This document shows positions 16,538-23,744 of a DNA stretch of 24,000 nucleotides, in pieces. The DNA is taken from the NCBI GenBank assembly GCA_902798915.1, contig CADBYM010000007.1, positions 109,201-133,200 of the forward strand, written 5' to 3'. Each line of letters opens with the position of its first letter. Position 1 is the first letter of the stretch. The DNA comes from an uncultured Coriobacteriaceae bacterium (GTDB lineage: Bacteria > Actinomycetota > Coriobacteriia > Coriobacteriales > Atopobiaceae). A model generated the notes under the pieces. The model did not search any database. It worked only from the letters and a program-made list of their open reading frames with translations, and was not told where the DNA came from. The translations under genes and the position numbers were made by a program.

Positions 16538-16565
16538 AAAATTTTACGACCGGAAATACGACCGC
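16519..16565. repeat. Perfect 19-bp inverted repeat GCGGTCGTATTTCCGGTCG / CGACCGGAAATACGACCGC with an AT-only 9-nt spacer
   Basis: Read directly. The left arm is the conserved tail of the repeat family and the right arm is its inverted duplicate. It is followed by ttatctct, so it may be a substitute or bidirectional terminator. Confidence 0.8.
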
Positions 16566-16587
16566 TTATCTCTGACGAAGCGAAGGT

Positions 16588-16917
16588 GTGTTCTACCTCG
16601 CCGTTGGCGAGGCGGTGCGCTCGCGGGACTTCGGAACGCAGCTTCTCGCCTGGCTCGCCGGCGAGTGTGCGGGAAGGGCCGTGGTCGCTAACATCGAGGC
16701 AGTGGGGACGGGAGCTGCGAACGAGGAGCAGCGCGTGCGGCGACTGGCCTTCTACACAAGGAACGGCTACGCACTTGCCGACTGTCGCCTGCTCGACGAC
16801 AGCGGCCTCTACGACATCGTTACTACATCGCCCGGTGACTTCGATTGGGAAGAGTACCTGGAACTCATCGGCAGCCTCGGGTTCGACGCCTACCACCCCA
16901 GGCTCGTCTCCCGCTGA
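16588..16917 (+). pseudogene. GNAT-family N-acetyltransferase, N-terminally truncated
   Basis: It begins inside the conserved core (..FYLAVGEAVRSRDFGTQLL, the R/QxxGxG/A-type acetyl-CoA loop) and continues ...RRLAFYTRNGYA. About 50 N-terminal residues expected for a GNAT fold are missing. The only start is GTG, and it abuts the inverted repeat. Confidence 0.5.
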
Positions 16918-17012
16918 GCATCGGGTATGCCAGCAGGGGCTCCGAGCGACAGCCGCGGTTCAGGGTGTTCGAGAACTCGATCCTTGTGATTCTGCCCCTC
17001 TTCAGCGAAGAG

Positions 17013-17363
17013 ATGGATCTGTCAGACGACGAGAGGAGGGTGTACCGCGAGCTCGTGGGCAGGTCTCTACAGACTTCGGAGCTGACAGAGAGGACGGGCT
17101 TTGGGAGGACGAAGGTCCAGGAGATCCTCGAGAAGCTTGTCAAGAAGGGGTACGTCTCTGTCTCCGGCAGGGGAAGGGGAACGCGATATACCGCCACGAG
17201 GTGGGCTTCTCTGGTTGGACGTCGTCGCTACCAGCGCAAACGCAGTCGGGTGACGTCATCTTTCCGAATGACTGTGTGCTGTGCACACGTCCGTCCGGGA
17301 TACTCCCGGATCAGAGCCAACGGGAGTCAAAGGGACGGGTCATTTGACGCATGCGTTGGATGA
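17013..17363 (+). CDS. Small winged-helix DNA-binding protein (native 3' end probably replaced by repeat sequence)
   Basis: MDLSDDERRVYRELVGRSLQTSELTERTGFGRTKVQEILEKLVKKGYVSVSGRGRGTRYTA is a wHTH with the G.GRGTRY ending. That ending is common at the C-termini of AlbA_2/HATPase_c_4-type regulators. Beyond about 17210 the frame reads through repeat stub G. Confidence 0.45.
   Translation: MDLSDDERRVYRELVGRSLQTSELTERTGFGRTKVQEILEKLVKKGYVSVSGRGRGTRYTATRWASLVGRRRYQRKRSRVTSSFRMTVCCAHVRPGYSRIRANGSQRDGSFDACVG
17228..17259 (+). repeat. Family-R repeat, copy G (32-bp 5' stub; a highly degenerate remainder may extend to ~17470)
   Basis: ctaccagcgcaaacgcagtcgggtgacgtcat matches the family 5' end nearly perfectly. 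Downstream there are only faint echoes: ttccgaatga vs ttcgagtga, a gtgtgc-tgt-gcacac hairpin, and agattcaatgcgggaagg vs tgattgagtgggagtagg about 217 bp from the start. Confidence 0.6.
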
Positions 17364-17525
17364 GGCGTGATGGGCCATGGACTGCGTCCCGTCATCCTCG
17401 AACAGCGTCGCTAAGCAGACGGCCATCGGTGGCGATGTGCATTAGATTCAATGCGGGAAGGCCGATCCATGAACATCGCCGAGAAGGTCAGCGGGCATCA
17501 CTCTGGGACGAGCACGGTAATTTGA

Positions 17526-17534
17526 TGATATAAT
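17526..17534 (+). promoter_or_regulatory. Extended -10 promoter element TGaTATAAT for the phd/yefM-relE operon
   Basis: Perfect TATAAT (17529..17534) with an upstream TG, 31 bp upstream of the ATG at 17565. AGGAGG RBS at 17553..17558. Confidence 0.5.
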
Positions 17535-17564
17535 TCAGATAATATTTGCCAGAAGGAGGTAACG

Positions 17565-17831
17565 ATGCAGATCATGCCGGTGTCAGAGCTGCGCAACCAC
17601 TACGCCGCAGTCGAGGAGGCGGTGGCCACAGGCGGACCGGTCTTTCTCACCAAGAACGGATACGGCTCGATGGTCGTGATGAACATGGAGCAGTACGAGA
17701 GCCTCACGGGCAACGTCGAAGCGATGCTGGACGCGGCGGACCGCCAAGCGGCGTCCACCACGATGCGTTACTCCCACGACGAGGTGTTTGGTGCACTGAG
17801 GGAGGAGCTGCATCGTGCCGACGCAGTATAG
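17565..17831 (+). CDS. Phd/YefM-family type II antitoxin
   Basis: MQIMPVSELRNHYAAVEEAVATGGPVFLTKNGYGSMVVMNMEQYESL is a canonical Phd/YefM N-terminal domain. Strong RBS. Its 3' end overlaps the downstream toxin by 17 nt. Confidence 0.85.
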   Translation: MQIMPVSELRNHYAAVEEAVATGGPVFLTKNGYGSMVVMNMEQYESLTGNVEAMLDAADRQAASTTMRYSHDEVFGALREELHRADAV

Positions 17832-18129
17832 GTTGCAGTACCTGCCGCTCTTCTGGGACGACCTCGAGCAGGCCGTGTTCTACGTCCGTGACGTGCTCAA
17901 GAACCCAGAGGCGGCCGAGCGCCTGCTCGACCGAACCGAGGCAGCTATCCTCGAACACGCCAAGGCACCAACCATGGCGCAGGTATACAAGACCACGCGG
18001 AATAGGCCGGTGCCGTACTACTGGTTCGCGGTGGGTAACTATATGGTCTTCTACGTGGTGTTAGATGATGTAATGGAGGTCCGCCGCTTCATATATGGTG
18101 CCCGCGATCTCACTAAGATGCTGCCCTGA
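17815..18129 (+). CDS. RelE/ParE-superfamily type II toxin
   Basis: 104 aa with a GTG start overlapping the antitoxin 3' end. ...YYWFAVGNYMVFYVVLDDVMEVRRFIYGARD fits the RelE/ParE beta-sheet core. Confidence 0.75.
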   Translation: MPTQYRLQYLPLFWDDLEQAVFYVRDVLKNPEAAERLLDRTEAAILEHAKAPTMAQVYKTTRNRPVPYYWFAVGNYMVFYVVLDDVMEVRRFIYGARDLTKMLP

Positions 18130-18192
18130 CCTACTAGGCCTAACAGACGTATGATGGCATTTCCTATGCCATTGAAGGGAAGAACAGCCTCG

Positions 18193-18525
18193 CTGCCAGC
18201 ATAAAAGCAGCATGCTGACGTCATGACGTCGCTCGACTCGAAGCGAAGTGACGTCACGGGCGCAGAATCGGTGCCCGTGACGTCGCTTTGACGTCCATAG
18301 GGAGGATAGCCAAAGACACGACTGGCAGCGTGAGCACGAGGGCTCGCGCCGAACTACCACAAACTACCCTAGCTACGTAATCCTGATTGAGTGGGAGTAG
18401 GACTGCTACATAATTGTGCGATTCTCCAGGCGCTCCGGACGTGGTTCCGGGGCGCCTTTTTGGTGCTTCTTGGGGACTCGCGCGCGTTTTATCCAAACGC
18501 ATGCAACGCGCAACGGCTGATACGA
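18193..18525 (+). repeat. Family-R repeat, copy E (most complete: core, promoter-like element, terminator and tail)
   Basis: GACGTC cores at 18217, 18225, 18250, 18279 and 18290. Hairpin 18248..18260/18274..18286. cctgattgagtgggagtaggactgctacataattgtgcgattctccagg. Terminator at 18428..18461. Tail ggggactcgcgcg...ccaaacgcatgcaacgcgcaacgg. Confidence 0.85.
18428..18461 (+). terminator. Intrinsic terminator within repeat E
   Basis: aggcgctccgg-acgtggtt-ccggggcgcct followed by TTTTT. Confidence 0.7.
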
Positions 18526-18598
18526 GCAAAGCCATATTGCTTCGTCTGTATTGTAAAAGTACCTGCAAATGCGTTATCCTCTTCTCGAGGTGATTATC

Positions 18599-18910
18599 AT
18601 GCAGAAGTCAGCGACGCTCAACCTGAGGGTAGATCCCGAGGTAAAGCAATCGGCCGAGTCCGTCCTGTCGCAGCTCGGGCTCTCCATGTCGACCGCCGTC
18701 GACATGTTCCTCCGCCAGGTATCCCTCACGGGAGGGATTCCCTTCAGGGTCGCCCTCCCCGAGGCACCACGCTCCGTCGACGTGGATTCGATGACGGACA
18801 GGCAGCTGTTCGAGGCCCTGTCGCGCGGCCTCCAGGAGGCCGAGGAGGGCAGGGGGGCAGAGGCGTCCGTTGCGTTCTCGCGCGTGAGGGAGGAGCTCCT
18901 CGGTGCGTAG
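18599..18910 (+). CDS. RelB/DinJ-family type II antitoxin (copy 2)
   Basis: About 85% aa identity to copy 1. In the first 57 codons I count about 23 synonymous differences and 1 non-synonymous. About 60 bp of upstream promoter region is shared with copy 1 (tgtattg.a.aagta..tgca..tgcgttatcct). Confidence 0.85.
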   Translation: MQKSATLNLRVDPEVKQSAESVLSQLGLSMSTAVDMFLRQVSLTGGIPFRVALPEAPRSVDVDSMTDRQLFEALSRGLQEAEEGRGAEASVAFSRVREELLGA

Positions 18911-19250
18911 CTACGAGGTGCGCGTCACTCCCTCGGCCTTGGCACAGATATGGGATGCCGTCCGCTACGTCCGGGACGAGCTCTGCATGCCGCAGGCGGC
19001 AGCCAGGCTGCTAGACGAGATTGAGGAGGTGGCCAGAGGCCTCTCGAGCATGCCGAACAGGTTCCATGCAGTTCGGGTGGAGCCGCTTCTCTCGTCGGGA
19101 GTTCGTCGCATGAACGTTCGTGGCTACTCGCTCTTCTACAGGCTCGACGAGACGAGCTCGACGGTGGACGTGTTAGCCGTGTTCTACGGCACCCCCTCGG
19201 ACGCGCGAATCAGAAGGGCCTTCCAGATTGGGACGGGGAGTGAGCAATGA
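18903..19250 (+). CDS. RelE/ParE-superfamily type II toxin (copy 2)
   Basis: Paralog of 9349..9696 with the same GTG start/antitoxin stop overlap (GTGCGTAG). Confidence 0.75.
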   Translation: MRSYEVRVTPSALAQIWDAVRYVRDELCMPQAAARLLDEIEEVARGLSSMPNRFHAVRVEPLLSSGVRRMNVRGYSLFYRLDETSSTVDVLAVFYGTPSDARIRRAFQIGTGSEQ

Positions 19251-19678
19251 ACAAGATCACCTGCATATGCCTGGGCGTGCGGGACATGGAGCGCTCCGTC
19301 CGCTTCTACTGCGACAAGTTGGGGTTCAGGACGGACTGCATGGAGGAAAGCCCCCGCGTCTGCTTCTTCGATACGCCGGGGACCAAGTTCGAGCTGTACC
19401 CGCTTGGCCTGCTGGCGGAGGACATCTGCCCCGACGATCCTCCTGCCGTCAGCGGCGGCTTTGGCGGCATCACGCTGGCGTACAACGTCGCCAGGAGAGA
19501 AGAGGTCGACGAGGTGATCGAGCTCGTCCGTGCCGCCGGCGGCACCGTCGTCAAGGAGCCCCAGCAGGTGTTCTGGGGAGGCTACCACGCGTACTTCGCG
19601 GACCCCGACGGCTACTACTGGGAGGTCGCCTGGGGGCCGGACTTCAAGTACGACGAGAATGGCATGCTGGTGTTTTAG
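19247..19678 (+). CDS. VOC-family protein, copy 3
   Basis: 143 aa, differing from copy 1 at 19/143 residues by my count. It has the same ATGA overlap with the toxin stop. Unlike copies 1 and 2, no repeat follows directly. Confidence 0.85.
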   Translation: MNKITCICLGVRDMERSVRFYCDKLGFRTDCMEESPRVCFFDTPGTKFELYPLGLLAEDICPDDPPAVSGGFGGITLAYNVARREEVDEVIELVRAAGGTVVKEPQQVFWGGYHAYFADPDGYYWEVAWGPDFKYDENGMLVF

Positions 19679-20002
19679 TGCTGGGGAAGATGAGGCTGCC
19701 GTGCAACCACTGCCGTCGACGCTTCCTGTACGTTGCTAGAGACACACTCCCGTACGCCTTGCCGACATAATGACGAGGAGCACGGTTTGTCCAAGATTTG
19801 TCCATGGTGGTACTCACGGACCTGCCCCCATGAGCACTAAACCCATCCCGTCGGTACTCGAATGACACTCACGCAGCTAGGGCGGCCAGTGCGACGCCGA
19901 GAGGCACAGGATTAAACGGGAGGAGATTGTTGTCCGTGAATGCGGGTATCATGGTTCCATTGACAAAAACGTAGGCCGACACAAGGAGTGGGGGTGTATT
20001 CC

Positions 20003-21601
20003 ATGACAGAGCCCGGAGTCGTATTCACAAAGGACTGGGTGGTCGACTTCGTCCTCAACGTGGCGGGATACACCACCGACAGGGACCTAACATCCGGCTG
20101 CATTGTCGAGCCGTCCTGCGGGGACGGGGCCTTCCTCGGTCGTGTGGTGTTGCGGTTATGCGAGTGCGCAGTGGATGCTGGTGCGTTGTCCGTCGAGCGT
20201 CTCGTCTCCTGCATAAGGGCCTACGACGTCGACAACGCTTCCGTCTTGGCAAGCAGAGCGACTGTCAGGCGAGTGCTCGAGAGCTTCGGCGTGAGCCCGG
20301 CCGACTCCGAGAGACTTGTCGGCATCTGGGTCATACAAGGCGACTTTCTTCTGTCCGAAGTGCCTCCGGCTCGGTGGGTAGTGGGCAACCCTCCCTATGT
20401 GCGTTCGTCCCTGATTCCCCGGGAACAGCGGGTGGCATACGGCCGAGTCCTATCCTGCGTGACCATGGGCTCGGATCTCTATGTCGGCTTCTTCGAGAAG
20501 GGCCTCGAGGCGCTTGAGGAGGACGGGGCTCTCTGCTTCATCTGTGCGGATCGCTGGTTGCAGAATCGATACGGATCGCGTCTGAGGGCTTTCGTCTCCG
20601 AGGGGTACAGTCTCGACGCACACATCCGGATGCACGGCGTCGATGCCTTCGAGGAGGATGTCTCGGCGTATCCGGCGATCTCGCTCATCAGAAGGGGTTC
20701 TGGCAGGCCCATGCGCTACATGGAGTGCGGGCCTCGCTTCACCTTGGATGACGTGCGTGACGCCGAGGAGTGGGTCTTTGCGGGAGAGGGGGCGTACCGT
20801 TCCAAGAATGCCACGGCGGACGTTCTCCCACCCCTTCATGGAGCTGAGTCAATACCGCTTGCATCTCCCGACAGGCTGAAGGTCCTCGGGGAACTCGCGC
20901 ATCGGCATCCCCGTCTGGAGGACGCTGGGGTGAGGCTGGGTATCGGCGTCGCCTCGGGGTGCGACGAGGTGTACATCACCGAAGACCACGACCTCGTGGA
21001 GGCGGACCGCTTGCTTCCGCTGTTCTTCATGCGCGACTGGAGGGCTGGCAACCATGAGGGAACGAAGTGCCTCGTGAACCCCTGGGGTTCGGACGGAAGG
21101 CTCGTCGATCTCGACAGCTACCCGAAGCTCAAGGGATATCTTGAGGAGAACGAGGAGCGGCTTAGGGCACGCAGGGTGGCCAAGGACCACCCAGACTCCT
21201 GGTATCGCACGCTCGACAAGCCCGACCAGTCGCTCATGGGAAGGGAAATGCTGCTCTTTCCTGACATGGCGATGCGGTCGGATCCCGTGTACAGCGACGG
21301 GTCTCGATACCCACACCACAACTGCTACTGGATGACATCGAGTGAGTGGGACGTGCGATCGTTGGGCGGGTTGATGATGAGCGACCTCGTAGAGGGCTAC
21401 GTGGGCGCGTTCGGGGTGAAGATGAGGGGCTCGACCCTCCGCTTCCAGGCGCAGTACCTGCGCATGGTACACATCCCCCGCGCTGATGACGTTGACGAGC
21501 AGACGAAGAGGGAGCTTGCGGAGGCTTTTGCCACCGGGAGCCGCGATTTGGCCAATGAAGCAAGCAGAAGAGCCTATGGGTTGGAGGACGCGTATGCGTG
21601 A
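20003..21601 (+). CDS. Type II N6-adenine DNA methyltransferase (gamma-class, Eco57I/PaeR7I-methylase-like)
   Basis: SAM-binding motif I VEPSCGDGAFL precedes catalytic motif IV VVGNPPYV. At about 530 aa it resembles M.PaeR7I/M.XhoI-type enzymes. Its 3' end overlaps the downstream endonuclease start by 8 nt. An alternative GTG start lies at 19988. Confidence 0.8.
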   Translation: MTEPGVVFTKDWVVDFVLNVAGYTTDRDLTSGCIVEPSCGDGAFLGRVVLRLCECAVDAGALSVERLVSCIRAYDVDNASVLASRATVRRVLESFGVSPADSERLVGIWVIQGDFLLSEVPPARWVVGNPPYVRSSLIPREQRVAYGRVLSCVTMGSDLYVGFFEKGLEALEEDGALCFICADRWLQNRYGSRLRAFVSEGYSLDAHIRMHGVDAFEEDVSAYPAISLIRRGSGRPMRYMECGPRFTLDDVRDAEEWVFAGEGAYRSKNATADVLPPLHGAESIPLASPDRLKVLGELAHRHPRLEDAGVRLGIGVASGCDEVYITEDHDLVEADRLLPLFFMRDWRAGNHEGTKCLVNPWGSDGRLVDLDSYPKLKGYLEENEERLRARRVAKDHPDSWYRTLDKPDQSLMGREMLLFPDMAMRSDPVYSDGSRYPHHNCYWMTSSEWDVRSLGGLMMSDLVEGYVGAFGVKMRGSTLRFQAQYLRMVHIPRADDVDEQTKRELAEAFATGSRDLANEASRRAYGLEDAYA

Positions 21602-22250
21602 CGACGTGAGGGAAGCCGTTCTCGATTGTGTCAACTATGCGGTGACGAAGGGAACCCAGAGCGGCAGGCACATCGCGCCCCTCGCAATGAAGATTGCCGA
21701 GGACATGGAGCGCGTGGGGTATGATCCAGATTCCATCTACCTCGATGACGTTAACGTGACGCTGCCTGGCTGGTTCCGTCCCTCCAAGAAGTGGGACATC
21801 ACGGCCTTCGAGGGTGGGGTGCTCGTTGCCGCTATCGAGCTCAAGAGTATTAACAGCAGCTTTGGGAACAACGCGAACAACCGTGCCGAGGAAGCGCTTG
21901 GCAGCGCGTCGGATGTCGACTACGCGACGCATAACCACTTGCTAGAACCAAACGACCTGCCGCCAAACTTCGGGTATGTGCTCCTCGTACGGAAGACGCC
22001 GGAGAGTACGAGGAAGGCCAAGATCGGCTCCAAGTCACGCTACGCCTTCGACAAGGAGTTCGAGAACTCGTCCTACGTTGAGCGCTTCACCATCCTGGGC
22101 AAGCGCCTTCTCCGCGAGAGGATCTACCAGGCTGTGTGGGTGGCCGTGGTCGACCTAGAGAATGGCGTTGTTGAGGAGCCCGACCCGCTTATGACCTACG
22201 ACAAGTTTGTCGCCCACCTCAAGGGCTGGATTGACGTCATGAGGGCGTAG
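21594..22250 (+). CDS. Type II restriction endonuclease, XhoI/PaeR7I-like (PD-(D/E)XK)
   Basis: ATG at 21594 with a GGAGG RBS. The core ...KKWDITAFEGGVLVAAIELKSINSSFGNNANNRAEEALGSA matches my recollection of the XhoI/PaeR7I family signature (ELKS..GPSFGNN.NNR.EE..G). It is translationally coupled to the methylase. The family assignment comes from memory, not a search. Confidence 0.6.
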   Translation: MRDDVREAVLDCVNYAVTKGTQSGRHIAPLAMKIAEDMERVGYDPDSIYLDDVNVTLPGWFRPSKKWDITAFEGGVLVAAIELKSINSSFGNNANNRAEEALGSASDVDYATHNHLLEPNDLPPNFGYVLLVRKTPESTRKAKIGSKSRYAFDKEFENSSYVERFTILGKRLLRERIYQAVWVAVVDLENGVVEEPDPLMTYDKFVAHLKGWIDVMRA

Positions 22251-22304
22251 CATAGTCAAAGCGCTGCACTAGGGGTCACGGGGGCTCCTCCGTGTACGGC
22301 GATC

Positions 22305-23144
22305 CTAAGCCAGCTGATACCCCTCTGCGGCCTGAGCGTTTGCTACGTCGTGGTATAAAACCATCCAATGTGGCCCATGTGCGGCTGTCGACCCACAGGT
22401 TCTTGGGACTGAACCGGAGTTTTCGGTGGTTAGGTAAGGCGGATAGGGTCTTTGACCAGCACATTCTTGCTCTCGCACGCCGACTAGTGCCAACAAACGA
22501 ACAGTTTTGTGCGGTCTTGGCGTCTCGTAGTCGTATAAAATCCGCCACTTCTGTGCATCGCCAAGTGCGACCCCATGCCGGTATAGATGCGCGACGTCGG
22601 TCCTGCCTCGATCGCCGTCAGGTCCATGCCAGTCCGCGATGTAAGAAGTGTGGCCATCGTATGGGACCCTCGAGGGGAACCCAAGAAACAGCTCGCAGAT
22701 GGCGTCTCGTGCAGCGTCCCAGCCTTTGGGGTATGCACTGTAGCCACCCCAACTCCAGCAGTACCCGTCCCTCGTTCCGATGGTAAGATGCCAGCTACCG
22801 CCGTCCAAAACGTCCTTGTTGCGGTAGAAGGAATAGGTGTCTGCAAGGCCAAGGTCTAGGAGTCTCGTGATGAGGCTGTTCATCTCCTCGATGGAGACCG
22901 AATCGGGAGGGTTGATAACCCGGGCTTTGTGTCTGCTTATCGGGTGGCCGTGGTCGTGCCAGAACCGGACCCTATAGCAGCCGATATTCGGTGCGTACCA
23001 GACCTCTATGTTGGAATCGCCCTCGAAGAAGCCACCGTCATAGCATGTGAGGAATCGTATATCCCTCCCATCAATCCCTCTCGGGTCTCTCGCCGCGGGC
23101 TCTTCGCGCTCTGGGGTTGGCAGATACTCCTCCAGAGGAATCAT
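22305..23144 (-). CDS. Hypothetical protein (279 aa, no recognisable domain)
   Basis: Long ORF in a visibly lower-GC stretch, convergent with the R-M pair. Trp/Tyr/Gly-rich core (WHLTIGTRDGYCWSWGGYSAYPKGW). The C-terminal ~70 aa look low-complexity, so the true stop or frame is uncertain. Confidence 0.45.
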   Translation of the reverse strand: MIPLEEYLPTPEREEPAARDPRGIDGRDIRFLTCYDGGFFEGDSNIEVWYAPNIGCYRVRFWHDHGHPISRHKARVINPPDSVSIEEMNSLITRLLDLGLADTYSFYRNKDVLDGGSWHLTIGTRDGYCWSWGGYSAYPKGWDAARDAICELFLGFPSRVPYDGHTSYIADWHGPDGDRGRTDVAHLYRHGVALGDAQKWRILYDYETPRPHKTVRLLALVGVREQECAGQRPYPPYLTTENSGSVPRTCGSTAAHGPHWMVLYHDVANAQAAEGYQLA

Positions 23145-23182
23145 TGGTTCGCCTTCGTAATCTCCGCATCTTTCGGAGAGCC

Positions 23183-23446
23183 TCAGTTGACCGTTCTCGT
23201 CGAACCAAGCCCCTGGTCAGTATGGTCGACGACGATCTCATTCTTCGAGATGGTGACCACCCAGAATGACCCAGACGCATCATTGATGTGCATGGGCTGA
23301 CCGTCAGGAACAGTCCCCTCGAACAGTACCTCACCTGCCAGCACGCTTCTAGTCACCTTAAGCGTGAGGTAGCCGTCCGTTTCGAAAACCCGCAGAACAA
23401 CCGACTTGTTGTCAAAGCAGTACTTGCGTGCGCTCTTTAGGGGCAT
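23183..23446 (-). CDS. Hypothetical small protein (87 aa)
   Basis: ORF upstream of and co-oriented with 22305..23144, with protein-like composition. No recognisable motif. Confidence 0.35.
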   Translation of the reverse strand: MPLKSARKYCFDNKSVVLRVFETDGYLTLKVTRSVLAGEVLFEGTVPDGQPMHINDASGSFWVVTISKNEIVVDHTDQGLGSTRTVN

Positions 23447-23744
23447 GCCGTCCTAAACAACACGCCCAACAACCTCGTCTTGGCTCTCAAAGTGAACGAC
23501 GCTTACAAACATGGCGGGATCCTCCTCCTGGGAATGGGCTCTCTTTACACCGTGGCATCGATTATCCCATCCACACAGGACACAAATTGGCTTTCGCGCA
23601 AGCCTCAAATGAATGGTGAGCCATGACCCTGAGCATCATAGAGAGCCCTATCGGGTATGGAGTGCAAAAAGGCTGGCCGTCGAAGCCTATCGGTGCGGGG
23701 AATGAAAGGGTGCCGCTTCCAGCAATTGTAAGGAAGACTGTACT

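Noticed and set aside
19940-19990. Perfect TTGACA -35 hexamer upstream of the methylase gene as a promoter
   Set aside because: No acceptable -10 hexamer lies 16-19 bp downstream; the position is occupied by the AAGGAG RBS. It is not reported as a feature.
20849-21938. 261-aa and 234-aa minus-strand ORFs over the methylase/endonuclease genes
   Set aside because: They lie antisense to genes with clear MTase motifs I/IV and a PD-(D/E)XK core. No independent support.
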